Shown here in pieces: positions 37,202-46,491 of a DNA stretch of 64,000 bases. Below the pieces are notes generated by a model. It made no database searches. It worked only from the letters and a program-made list of their open reading frames with translations, and was not told the DNA's origin. How positions within the stretch are numbered: position 1 is the stretch's first letter; each line of letters opens with the position of its first letter. The stretch spans positions 47,083 through 111,082 of the IMG/VR virus record IMGVR_UViG_2636415425_000001; one strand, given 5' to 3'. This DNA comes from a virus (Duplodnaviria > Caudoviricetes). The position numbers were made by a program, and so were the translations under genes.

Positions 37202-38132
37202 GGAAATCCCCCTCTGTTAGTCCGGCCATCATGCCGTCAATCGCGGTGTCGGCGCGGCTCGGCGCCGGCGCGCCGCCACCTCGAGTTGATCGGCGGTCGT
37301 AGTCATTGCCAACCCAGGTCCGCCATGCGGCGTCCCAGTCGGCCATCAGGTTGCCCCTGCTGGTGTGGAAGTTCTTGAACTTCTCCGCCTGAAACCGGAT
37401 GTGGTCGTCGTTCCAGCCGCGCTCGCGGGCGTACTTCCATCCCGCTTCAGGAAGCTGCCAGTCGTCAGGAATCTTCGTCCTGCGCCCGGTCGTCTGCCGC
37501 TTCTTGCGCTTTGGCTGCTGCTCATCGGCCGGAGCATCATCGCCAAAAAGGCCTTGGGCCGGGACCAGTTTGCGCCCGGCAACGGGCGCCATATGATCTT
37601 CCCCTTCTTCCTTTCTTAGATTTTTTATTTCTTCTGTATTGTGCTGGCCCTGTGCTGGCGCTGTGCTGGGACCTTGCTGACGCTGTGCTGGGACGTTGTC
37701 GTCCACTGTGTCATCAGCTTGATCGTCACCCTGATAATGATCGTAGTTGCAAACGGTTATGACGGTCACCCCCTTGTCGGACCGTGTGTTGATCATGCCC
37801 TCTCTCTCGAGACGACCCAGATAGCCCCTCACCGCTCCTACGCTCCATAGCCAGTTTTCCGCGAGAAACCGCAGCGAGCCGGCGAGCTCGCCGCGATCGA
37901 GATCGACGAAGAACTGACCGAACCGACGCTGCCGCGGCTTCCACGCCGCTTCCTTGATCATCCAGATGAAGGCCTCGCGCTCGGTCATCGCCGATGGCCT
38001 GAAAAACTCGTGCCCGTACAGCGAGCGAAAGAGCTTGATGTAGCCTCGGGAACTCACCCCATAGATCTCCGACCTGGCATTTCGACTGGATGGCGGCGGG
38101 CCCGTCGTGGCGGACCTCGGTCCAGTCGTCAT
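37185..38132 (-). CDS. Replication initiator (O-like)
   Basis: GYIKLFRSL, RGELAGSLRFLA, ITVCNYDHYQ, DWDAAWRTW. Confidence 0.8.
   Translation of the reverse strand: MTTGPRSATTGPPPSSRNARSEIYGVSSRGYIKLFRSLYGHEFFRPSAMTEREAFIWMIKEAAWKPRQRRFGQFFVDLDRGELAGSLRFLAENWLWSVGAVRGYLGRLEREGMINTRSDKGVTVITVCNYDHYQGDDQADDTVDDNVPAQRQQGPSTAPAQGQHNTEEIKNLRKEEGEDHMAPVAGRKLVPAQGLFGDDAPADEQQPKRKKRQTTGRRTKIPDDWQLPEAGWKYARERGWNDDHIRFQAEKFKNFHTSRGNLMADWDAAWRTWVGNDYDRRSTRGGGAPAPSRADTAIDGMMAGLTEGDFHARSR
37610..37693. repeat. Iteron-like origin inside the O-like gene
   Basis: TGTGCTGG at 37640, 37651, 37662, 37684 (11-bp phase) beside an AT-rich tract at 37610-37640. Confidence 0.65.
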
Positions 38133-38140
38133 AATCCGGT

Positions 38141-38198
38141 CTGGAATTTATTTCCAGTTTTTTATTGACATGTCCCCGCGTCTGGAATTATCTTCCAG
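38141..38198 (+). promoter_or_regulatory. Repressor-controlled early promoter with two operators
   Basis: CTGGAATTTATTTCCAG 38141-38157; CTGGAATTATCTTCCAG 38182-38198; TTGACA 38165, TATCTT 38189. Confidence 0.8.
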
Positions 38199-38218
38199 AT
38201 GCCACGGGAGACTTGCTT

Positions 38219-38410
38219 TTGACCATCACGACATCAATCGCCGATCCGGCCGCCCTCGAAGAAGGGCAACGCTGCCCGATCAAGGGCTGCGACGGCACTG
38301 TCGTGTTGGTCCGCGCAGGCGATTGCTCCTGCCACATCGCTCCGCCCTGCCCGGCCTGCACCGATGCTCACTTGGCCTGCGATGTCTGCGGTGAGGAGCG
38401 CCGCCCATGA
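38219..38410 (+). CDS. Small Cys-rich protein
   Basis: CPIKGC...CSCHIAPPCPAC...CDVC. Confidence 0.6.
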   Translation: MTITTSIADPAALEEGQRCPIKGCDGTVVLVRAGDCSCHIAPPCPACTDAHLACDVCGEERRP

Positions 38411-38628
38411 CGGTGATCGCTTACATCGCCACGGCAATCTTCTTCACCGGGGTCGGCTTTCTGGTCGCGGCCGTTTGGAGCCAGCGGGCAATCGACCGGC
38501 TCACCGAGCAGCGAAACCGCCTGATCGGCGGCTTGCAACATGCCGGAGCGCAGTTCCGCGCGATCGGACTCGACGCCGCCGCCGACAAGGCCTTCGCCGC
38601 AGCCGACGTGACGAAGGAGCCGGTCTAA
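38407..38628 (+). CDS. Small membrane protein
   Basis: N-terminal hydrophobic helix. Confidence 0.6.
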   Translation: MTVIAYIATAIFFTGVGFLVAAVWSQRAIDRLTEQRNRLIGGLQHAGAQFRAIGLDAAADKAFAAADVTKEPV

Positions 38629-38957
38629 TGCTGATCCGTGTCTCCGGCAAAAGCGACTGGCGGAAGTTCTTTTTCGATGCACCTGCCATCACGGTCGACG
38701 GACGGACCGTGATCGACGTGATCGAGGCCGACGACGAGGCCGGATACGTCATCCGCTACATGCGCGGCGAGGACGGCCAGTTGATCGAGGACGGCTACCG
38801 CTACGCAACCATCCGCGAGGATGGCGTCGTCACGATCACCGGACGCCGCCGCTGGAGCCCGGACGATGCTCGGGCCGCGGCGCAGACCAAGCGCGATCGC
38901 CGCGCCGTCCGCAACCTCGATGTTCAACGTCGAGCCGGAAAGGACGTCACGGCATGA
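38628..38957 (+). CDS. Hypothetical protein
   Basis: AAGGAG RBS; VIEADDEAGYV. Confidence 0.65.
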   Translation: MLIRVSGKSDWRKFFFDAPAITVDGRTVIDVIEADDEAGYVIRYMRGEDGQLIEDGYRYATIREDGVVTITGRRRWSPDDARAAAQTKRDRRAVRNLDVQRRAGKDVTA

Positions 38958-39271
38958 CCGACCTTTCCTTCGATCCGACCGCCATCATCGACGACCTTTC
39001 GTTCCGCGCCGGGTATCTCGAGGCGGCGCAGATCCAGACCATTGAGCGACTGCGGGCGCTTGCCGCGCGCGGCGGCGCAACGGCGGACGAACTGCGCCTT
39101 GCGATCGCCGGGCTCGCCATCGACACGCACAAGGGTTTTGCCGCGCTCCAGGTCGGTGCGGCTGCGCGGATGGCTGCCCGCAATGCCGCCACTACTCCTG
39201 AGGTGTGCGCGAAGATCCTGCAATTTCCGCCGCGCGACGGCGAGACAAGGCCGGAGGCCTTCTCGTCATGA
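38954..39271 (+). CDS. Hypothetical protein
   Basis: Coupled. Confidence 0.6.
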   Translation: MTDLSFDPTAIIDDLSFRAGYLEAAQIQTIERLRALAARGGATADELRLAIAGLAIDTHKGFAALQVGAAARMAARNAATTPEVCAKILQFPPRDGETRPEAFSS

Positions 39272-39290
39272 CGCATGCGGCGAACACGAA

Positions 39291-39367
<77 letters not shown>

Positions 39368-39371
39368 TTCC

Positions 39372-39901
39372 CGTATCCGAGCGAGCGGAGGATGCATTGT
39401 CCGTACGCGCGAACTCGGTGCTGCATCTGGGCCAGTGCGCGCCGGCCGGCCAGGCAGATGCAAGTGTCGGGTGCGCCCAACTCCCTGTTCTCAATTCTCG
39501 CGGCGACACAAGGGGCCAGGTCAGCGACCCAGCGGACGCGGCTGGTGTGAGAGTCGGCACCGAACTTTTCATCGGGCATGACAAGCAACCGAAACCGGAC
39601 TCGAAGTCAGGGCCTCGCAAGGCGTCCGGCTGCCCTGTGTTCTCCGGCCCCGCAATGTCGATTACAGCCGGGCAAGCGCCCGGCCCGCGAGATGCATTTT
39701 CAATTCCGACCACTGCACTGGGGTCATCGGGGCGGCCACTCGCCTTGATGACGGATCTATCGCCGGCTCACCTGACGTGGACGCGAAGCCGGCGATACCA
39801 AACCCTAGAAGGTCGAGGCCCTGCCGAGGACAGGACAGGCGGGTGCCTAGCAGCGAGGGCGGTCAAATACCCGGCACGGCGGGGAGCCTCGCCCCGTGTG
39901 C
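39372..39901 (+). ncRNA. Candidate structured ncRNA(s) following the tRNA
   Basis: Three nested multibranch domains with G-U-containing helices; no credible CDS. Confidence 0.55.
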
Positions 39902-39926
39902 TCATTTCATCTGTGGAGGCGCCCCC

Positions 39927-40151
39927 GTGATCACGGCATCCCTCCCACCGACTTGGACCCGCCTCATCTTCGCGCCGGCCGCGGAACGCGCAGCGGCGAC
40001 TCCAGAAGAGCGCGCCGCCTACGACAATTATGTCGAGCGGCTGATGGCTCGGCCGGAGGACTTCGGATTTCGGCACGAAACACCCGAGGACGTCGCGGCG
40101 GATGACCGCTTCGACACCGCCCTCGCCGCAGAAAATCAGGATTGGGGATAG
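39927..40151 (+). CDS. Hypothetical protein
   Basis: GGAGG RBS, GTG start. Confidence 0.6.
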   Translation: MITASLPPTWTRLIFAPAAERAAATPEERAAYDNYVERLMARPEDFGFRHETPEDVAADDRFDTALAAENQDWG

Positions 40152-40155
40152 CCCA

Positions 40156-40407
40156 ATGGCACATCCAGGAATGACCCGGTGCACGCCGGACACCTTCGAC
40201 CTCGACCTCACCGGCGCCTATGCCGTGATCCTTCGCGCCTACGGCATGACCTATGAGGGCACCGTCGACGAGATCGAAGCGCGCGCGTTCAAGATCCTGT
40301 GGAATCCGGGCGAAGCGCGCCCGTATTCCCAGGTCAAGCCGCGGCTGACGGCGGCGATCGCCTTGGCGCGCCGCGACGGCGCCATCGACCTGTCGGTGGC
40401 GGCATGA
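40156..40407 (+). CDS. Hypothetical protein
   Basis: Tight packing. Confidence 0.6.
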   Translation: MAHPGMTRCTPDTFDLDLTGAYAVILRAYGMTYEGTVDEIEARAFKILWNPGEARPYSQVKPRLTAAIALARRDGAIDLSVAA

Positions 40408-40580
40408 CGCTCGAACGCGCCGTCATCGTGATCCTGCTGGCCTTCATCATTGCCCTGCTCGCCGGCGGCAACACGGTTGAGGGCTTCGGCATCGGGCTGC
40501 TGGTCGGCCTCGTGCTGGGTGCGCCTGTCGGCGCGGCCTTTGTCACCGATCGTCAACGTAAGGAGCCGACCCCGAGATGA
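40404..40580 (+). CDS. Small two-TM membrane protein
   Basis: Two hydrophobic segments. Confidence 0.6.
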   Translation: MTLERAVIVILLAFIIALLAGGNTVEGFGIGLLVGLVLGAPVGAAFVTDRQRKEPTPR

Positions 40581-40690
40581 ATGCTGTCCGGACATTGACG
40601 CGTGAAGTTGCGGCGTTCCTCGCGATCGCGGCGATGATTTTTGGCTGCATCGTCACGGCGGCGTCAGCGATGGGAGTTGGCCATGGCTGA
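40577..40690 (+). CDS. 37-aa membrane peptide
   Basis: AAGGAG RBS; MNAVRTLTREVAAFLAIAAMIFGCIVTAASAMGVGHG. Confidence 0.45.
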   Translation: MNAVRTLTREVAAFLAIAAMIFGCIVTAASAMGVGHG

Positions 40691-41246
40691 ACAGCGGCGC
40701 ATCGAACTCGATCCGACCGTGTTGCTACGGCTCGGCGCCAACATGGAAACCATCGGTCAGGCCTGGCAGGCCGACGTCGATGAATTGAACACGGCACGCG
40801 ACCAGATCGCGATGCTGAGACGCGAGCTCGACCAGGCGGACGACCGCGCGGCCAACTATCAGGCGGACCTCACGGCGACACGGGCAGAAGTCCGGCAGTT
40901 GCTCGAGCGGAACGCCTTCCTCGAGGCGCACACCAAGCGCCTTTTCGACACGGCTCACGATGTCGGCGACAGCATGAAGTCGCTCGCCGAGTCTGCCGTT
41001 GACGTCGCGCGCCGAGCGCCGGCAGTGGCGCCGGCCGTCGCTCCGGTGCGTGCCGACGGCACCACGGCGCCGCGGCCCTCGGTGGTCGCGGCGCCGCCCG
41101 GACCCGCGCCGGTTCAGCGGCCGCGCACCTTGGACGATGTCCGCCGGGAGCAGCTGGCCGCGGCCGACGACGAGGAAGACGGCACCGGCCTGCCGCCGGG
41201 CAAACCGCAGTTCCTCAGAACCCCACTTCCAACCGTTGCACCGTAG
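40683..41246 (+). CDS. Coiled-coil protein
   Basis: Heptad region plus Pro-rich tail. Confidence 0.65.
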   Translation: MAEQRRIELDPTVLLRLGANMETIGQAWQADVDELNTARDQIAMLRRELDQADDRAANYQADLTATRAEVRQLLERNAFLEAHTKRLFDTAHDVGDSMKSLAESAVDVARRAPAVAPAVAPVRADGTTAPRPSVVAAPPGPAPVQRPRTLDDVRREQLAAADDEEDGTGLPPGKPQFLRTPLPTVAP

Positions 41247-41252
41247 GTTCGC

Positions 41253-42605
41253 ATGTCCGAGCAAAGGCAAAATTATCGAATTCTCTCATTCCAGATCGAA
41301 GGCATCCTCCGTGTAGTTGCGGTTACGATCCGGCCCGATGGCCGCACGCTGGAGCTCACCGGGCCCAACCGCCAAGGTAAGAGTTCGATCATCGACGCCC
41401 TCTGGATGGCGCTGGGCGGCGAGAAGTTCATCCCACAGGACCCTATCCATGACGGAATGGACGAAGGCCGCGTGTTGGTCGACCTCGGGGACGACTCCGG
41501 CACGAAGCTGAAAGTTACAAGACGCATCAAGCGCAAGGATGATGGCTCGTTCAAGCCGAGCTTGACCGTCGAAGATGCGGACGGATCGAAGTTCTCCAAT
41601 CCGCAGAAGATGCTGAACGACCTGATCGGATCACTCAGCTACGACCCGCTCGACTTCATCAACAAGAAGCCGAAGGAGCAGTTTGACCTCCTCAAGTCGT
41701 TCGTCTCCGGCATTGATTTTGATGCCATCGCGAAGGCCAATGACGCGGACTTCGACGCCCGGACCGTGGTCAACCGCGATGCCAAGGCACTGCGGACCCG
41801 AGCCGACGCCATTGTCATCGACCAAACCGCGCCGACCGAAGCGGTGGACGAGGCCGCGCTCGTGCAGGAGCTCGCCCAAGCCGCCGACAAGAACGGCGCC
41901 GTTCAGCGCTTCCGGTCCGATCAGGCGGCGCGCCGGCAGCGGGCGCAGGAGCGCGACCAGGCCGCCGAACTTGCGCGCCAGCGGATCGACCAACTGCAAG
42001 CCGAGATCGAGAAGCTGACCGCGGAGGCTGATGCCGCCGAGACCGCGGCCGGCGAGATCCGGCTCGAGATCAGCGACGCCGGCGACGAGCCGCCATCGGT
42101 CGACACGCAGGAACTGCAAGCCAAGATCACTGCGGCACGCGAGACGAATGCCAAGGTAGCCGCCGCTGCACGCGCACGCGTCGAGAAGGAGCGGCTCACC
42201 AGCGAAGCGGCGGAGCTCGAGGCCAAGTCCGAAGCCCTCAGCAAGGCGATCGTCGCCCGCGAGACCGAGAAGCAGGAAGCCATTGCCCGCGCCGACATGC
42301 CGATACCCGGCTTGTCCTTCGGGGACGGCGTCATCTTGCTCGACGGTCACCCCCTCGCCCAGGCCAGCCAGGCGCAGAAGCTCGGCCTTGCCGTCGCCAT
42401 CGCGATGAAGCTGCAGCCGCGGCTCCGCTTCCTGACGACCAAGCACGCCGCACTGCTGGACGACGAGTCCTGGGCGTCCCTTGTCCGCTTGGCTGACGAG
42501 CAGGATCTGCTCGTCATCGCGGAGACCGTCAATTCAAACCGGCCAACCGCAGTGGTGATCGAAGACGGCCACGTCCGCGGCGCCAAGCAGCAAGCCGCGG
42601 AGTGA
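41253..42605 (+). CDS. SMC/Rad50-like ABC ATPase
   Basis: GPNRQGKSS, central coiled coil, ASQAQ signature, degenerate Walker B. Confidence 0.85.
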   Translation: MSEQRQNYRILSFQIEGILRVVAVTIRPDGRTLELTGPNRQGKSSIIDALWMALGGEKFIPQDPIHDGMDEGRVLVDLGDDSGTKLKVTRRIKRKDDGSFKPSLTVEDADGSKFSNPQKMLNDLIGSLSYDPLDFINKKPKEQFDLLKSFVSGIDFDAIAKANDADFDARTVVNRDAKALRTRADAIVIDQTAPTEAVDEAALVQELAQAADKNGAVQRFRSDQAARRQRAQERDQAAELARQRIDQLQAEIEKLTAEADAAETAAGEIRLEISDAGDEPPSVDTQELQAKITAARETNAKVAAAARARVEKERLTSEAAELEAKSEALSKAIVARETEKQEAIARADMPIPGLSFGDGVILLDGHPLAQASQAQKLGLAVAIAMKLQPRLRFLTTKHAALLDDESWASLVRLADEQDLLVIAETVNSNRPTAVVIEDGHVRGAKQQAAE

Positions 42606-42610
42606 TCGCC

Positions 42611-43078
42611 ATGTTCGACACCATTCTCCGTTTCTTCCGCCCTCATCGCTCTTCGCCCTGGGACTCTGCTCCGCCTTGGGCGCTGGAACTGAAGCACATG
42701 CAGGAGCGAATTCTGAGAAAAGAGGACCAACAGATGTCTGCCCAAGACGATCTCAACAACGCGGTTGTCGCGCTGGCTGCCGGCTACGGCAGCCTGCACA
42801 CCGCCATCCTGCCGGTTCTGCAGGTCATCGCCGACAATGCAAATGGCAACTCGGTCATCACGCAGGCGGTCGCCAACATCCAGGCGGTGACCGGCAAGAT
42901 GGCCGACGATGCGGCCGCCCTCACCGCCGCCGTCCCGGCCGCGACGACCGTCTCGCCGCCGCCGGCGTCGCAGCCGGTCGTGCAGGACCCGCCGTCCATC
43001 ACGCCGCCGTCGATCGATCCGCCGACTGTCACCGATCCCGCTGCGACTCCGCCGACCGGCGACGCTTCCGGCTCCTGA
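42611..43078 (+). CDS. Hypothetical protein with Pro-rich tail
   Basis: GGAG RBS. Confidence 0.6.
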   Translation: MFDTILRFFRPHRSSPWDSAPPWALELKHMQERILRKEDQQMSAQDDLNNAVVALAAGYGSLHTAILPVLQVIADNANGNSVITQAVANIQAVTGKMADDAAALTAAVPAATTVSPPPASQPVVQDPPSITPPSIDPPTVTDPAATPPTGDASGS

Positions 43079-43164
43079 CCGGAAGACGGCTCCTCCCCAA
43101 CTTGCCGCGCGGGTCTCATCTCGCGCGGCACCTTTCCCGGGCAATCCGATTGCGAGATCCCAAC

Positions 43165-43488
43165 GTGTCCCTCACCAAGGTCGAACTTCACGTCGAGACG
43201 AGGCCGTCAAATCGCGTCCTCAACCTGCTCTGCCAGATCCTCTTCTGGGTGCTTCTGATTGGAGCGATCGCGGTCTCGCGCCTTTATCTCGGCGGCTCGT
43301 TCATAGTTGAGGTGCTGGCCACGATCTTCGCGCTCGTCGTCCTGGTGCATATCGCCAAGAGGCATTCCGGTGCCGAGATCACGATGTCGGTTTCGGAGGT
43401 CGACGCATGGATCCGCGACGGCGCGCCGACCGACGTCAAGGAATGGCTCGCCGCCAGGTCGGCCAAGGTTGTGGGTGGTCGGCCATGA
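43165..43488 (+). CDS. Two-TM membrane protein
   Basis: Two hydrophobic helices. Confidence 0.6.
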   Translation: MSLTKVELHVETRPSNRVLNLLCQILFWVLLIGAIAVSRLYLGGSFIVEVLATIFALVVLVHIAKRHSGAEITMSVSEVDAWIRDGAPTDVKEWLAARSAKVVGGRP

Positions 43489-44600
43489 ATGCCGTTGTCA
43501 GCCCCGACGTTGCCGCGAGCGAACCGGTGAAATTCGAGCCCGGCATCTACTTCGGCGTGCCCGAGGACAAATACCACCAGGACACCTCGCTCGGATCCAC
43601 GAAGCTGAAGGAACTGGTGATCGACCCGATCGAGTACCAGCACGGCCGCCTGCACGGCGCCGAGCAGAAGGAAACGTTCCAGTTGAAGTGGGGCCGCGCG
43701 ATCCACTGTCGCGCGCTCGAGGGAAAGCAGTTCTTGGCCGAGCGCTTCCCGATCGCGCCGGCGCTGGCCGACTATCCGAACGCGCTCGTGACGATGGATC
43801 ACCTCCGCGAGCACGCCAAGAAGCTGGGCCTGACCAAGGTCGGTAACACCAAGGCATTGGTGGCCACCGCGATCCGCGAGTTCGACCAGAGCATCCCGAT
43901 CTGGGACGAGATCATGGCTCGGTTCGAGACCGAGCACGCTGGCAAGACCATCATTCCGCGTGAGGCGATCGAGCACATCGAGCGCGCCGTGGAATGGATG
44001 CAGCGGGAGCCGAAGCTTGCACCCGTCATGGAAGACGGCACTTTCACCGCCGGTGCATCGGAGGTCTCGATCTTCTATGTCGAGAACGGCGTCCGGCTGA
44101 AAGCCCGCATCGACCACCTGCTGTCACATGCCGTGGTCGACCTGAAATCCTTCCGGCCGTTCCTGCAGGAGCGACTGAGGGAAGGTGCCAAGAAGGCGAT
44201 CTCGCGCATGCGGTACGACCTGCAGGCCGCGGCATACATCCGCGCGCTGAAGGTCGCCGCCAAGCTGTACGCCGACGGCAAGGTCTTCGATTGCCCCTAC
44301 TCGCCCGCCTTCCTCGAGTCCGTGTTTGCCGCCTTGTCCATCGCGGAGCGCGATCCGCACTCGGCCGAGGCTCTGAAATGGGTCTGGGTGCTGATCAAGG
44401 CCTCGGGCGCGCCGCAGCCAGTCGTCGCCGAATTCGATCTCGGCAGCATGATCTTCCGCCAGGCCGCCGTCGATATCGACGACGCCATCAAGAACTACCG
44501 CCTCTACGTCGAGAAGTTTGGCCTTGACCAGGACTGGGTGCCGGAGCTCCCGGCCGAGGTCTGGGGCGACACCGACTTCCCGTCTTGGGCTTTCACCTAA
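43485..44600 (+). CDS. RecE/ExoVIII-like PD-(D/E)xK exonuclease
   Basis: PGIYFG, YH, GRAIH, SEVS, KARID, VDLKS, YDLQAAAY. Confidence 0.85.
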   Translation: MNAVVSPDVAASEPVKFEPGIYFGVPEDKYHQDTSLGSTKLKELVIDPIEYQHGRLHGAEQKETFQLKWGRAIHCRALEGKQFLAERFPIAPALADYPNALVTMDHLREHAKKLGLTKVGNTKALVATAIREFDQSIPIWDEIMARFETEHAGKTIIPREAIEHIERAVEWMQREPKLAPVMEDGTFTAGASEVSIFYVENGVRLKARIDHLLSHAVVDLKSFRPFLQERLREGAKKAISRMRYDLQAAAYIRALKVAAKLYADGKVFDCPYSPAFLESVFAALSIAERDPHSAEALKWVWVLIKASGAPQPVVAEFDLGSMIFRQAAVDIDDAIKNYRLYVEKFGLDQDWVPELPAEVWGDTDFPSWAFT

Positions 44601-44617
44601 ACCACTGAGGACTGACG

Positions 44618-46087
44618 ATGAATATGATTGTCGACGAGCGCGACCAAGAACGTCAAACGTTGCCCGCCGTCGTTGTGGAAAGTGCGATGCCGGCGATGCT
44701 GCGCGCCGAGATCGACGGTCAGATCGCTACCGCCAAGATGTATCCGCGGAACGTCTCGCGCGCGATCGGCAACATCAAGAGCCTGGCGACACTCGACGAA
44801 GAGACGGCCGCGGAGTCGCTGTACGCGCTCGTCCGCAAGAAGAAGCAGCAGAACCGCGGCGGTGGTGACTCGACCGATACCGCCAACGCGGCGATCGAAG
44901 GACCGAGCATTCGCCTGGCCGAGATCGCGGCCCAATGCTGGGGCAACTGCCGGATCGAGGCTCACGTCGTCACGGTCAACAAGAAGGACAAGTACGTCGA
45001 GGCCGTCGGCACGTTCCACGATCTTGAGACGAACATGGCTTCGACCGCGACGGTGCGGCGCCGGATCTCGACCTCCAGCGGCAACCTCTTCTCCGAAGAC
45101 ATGATCACAGTCACCGGGAACGCTGCCTGCTCGATCGCGAAGCGTAACGCGATCCTCGCCGGCATTCCGCGCGGCGTCTATCGGCCCGCCTATCATGCGG
45201 CTCGCGAAGTCGTCGCCGGCACCACCGCGACGCTTTCTCAGAACCGCGACAAGGCCATCAAGGCATTCGCGACCTATGGCGTCACGCCCGATCAGATCTT
45301 CGAGGCTCTCGACGTCAATGGAGAGGCCGAAATCCGACTCGAGCACATCGCAACCCTGCGCGGCATGTTCATGTCGATCAAGAACGGCGAAGCCACGGTC
45401 GAGGAGATGTTCGCCAAGGAGAAGCCGTCCCAGGCCGATCCCGACTACAACCCGTTGGTGAAGAAGGACACCGGCGGTGCCGAACAGCAGGCCGGTGGCG
45501 CAGCCGATACGGCCGGCAACGAAGAACGCACCTCAGCTGCGCAGGAAGGCAGCCAGACCGGTGAGAAGCCGGCCACGGAATCCGCCGCGGCGGAGGCAGC
45601 GCATCCATCTGACCATGCGGCGGGACATCAACCCGCGGTCGGATCGGACAGCGCTGCCACCTCGGCGCAGACGTCGGCGAAGCCAGCCCCCGCCGATGAA
45701 GGGACGAGCCAGGAGCGCACCGCCAGCGGCTCGTCCCAACCTGATTTGCTGTCCGGCCCAACCTCCGCCCAGGACAGCAAACCGCAGTCGAGCGTTCCCC
45801 AAAGCTCGACTGCTGACGGAGCGGATGCGTCCCGTGGCCGTGGCGCGTCCGCTCCCGATCAGCTTCGCTCCTATCACAGGACCCTCTCCACCATCGAGAA
45901 CGGCGGCCCGGCCAAGCTCGGGAAGATGTCGCTCGCTTGGTACAAGGCCAACGGAGAGGCGAACGCCTTCGACGACCTGAATCACCCGAAGGCTGAGAAG
46001 ATCTTCGCCGCCCATACGGAGCGTCTGACCGGTTCGATCGATCTCGCGGCGTGCACCAAGAAGGTCGAGGAGATCATCGCGCGATGA
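44618..46087 (+). CDS. Probable single-strand annealing/recombination protein
   Basis: Follows the exonuclease; QIATAKMYPR, GPSIRLAE, WGN, RNAIL; long disordered tail. Confidence 0.6.
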   Translation: MNMIVDERDQERQTLPAVVVESAMPAMLRAEIDGQIATAKMYPRNVSRAIGNIKSLATLDEETAAESLYALVRKKKQQNRGGGDSTDTANAAIEGPSIRLAEIAAQCWGNCRIEAHVVTVNKKDKYVEAVGTFHDLETNMASTATVRRRISTSSGNLFSEDMITVTGNAACSIAKRNAILAGIPRGVYRPAYHAAREVVAGTTATLSQNRDKAIKAFATYGVTPDQIFEALDVNGEAEIRLEHIATLRGMFMSIKNGEATVEEMFAKEKPSQADPDYNPLVKKDTGGAEQQAGGAADTAGNEERTSAAQEGSQTGEKPATESAAAEAAHPSDHAAGHQPAVGSDSAATSAQTSAKPAPADEGTSQERTASGSSQPDLLSGPTSAQDSKPQSSVPQSSTADGADASRGRGASAPDQLRSYHRTLSTIENGGPAKLGKMSLAWYKANGEANAFDDLNHPKAEKIFAAHTERLTGSIDLAACTKKVEEIIAR

Positions 46088-46491
46088 CCATCCTCGATCG
46101 CCCGCCGTCGGACTGGAAGCGGCCGGCTATGCCCGTCCGCACCAAGCTGGACGTCGTCATCCGACAGGAAGGCAAGTGCAAGCAGACCGGCGAGAAGCTC
46201 GGCACGCTCGAAAACACCCGGTTTGATCACCGCCCGGCCCTCTGGGAGCGACAGTTCGACACCGTGGCGGACGACACGATCCCGCCGGCGAACGACGCCG
46301 CATTCATTGATGCGTGCACGGTCGCCGGCCACGACGTCCGAACCCATGGGAACGGCGCCACGACCGTCGGCTCCGACTCCCATCGTCGCGCGAAGATCAA
46401 GCGGATGACCGATCCCAAGCCGGCAAAGCCGAAGCGGAAGATCCGCGGGCGGTCGACCTTCCCAAAACGAAAGGTCCGGAGGTTTGGATGA
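46084..46491 (+). CDS. HNH-like nuclease
   Basis: FDHRPAL...CTVAGHDVRT. Confidence 0.6.
   Translation: MTILDRPPSDWKRPAMPVRTKLDVVIRQEGKCKQTGEKLGTLENTRFDHRPALWERQFDTVADDTIPPANDAAFIDACTVAGHDVRTHGNGATTVGSDSHRRAKIKRMTDPKPAKPKRKIRGRSTFPKRKVRRFG

Noticed and set aside
39560-39700. Hammerhead or twister ribozyme in the ncRNA tract
   Set aside because: I could not find the CUGANGA/GAAA core or twister consensus in the right arrangement
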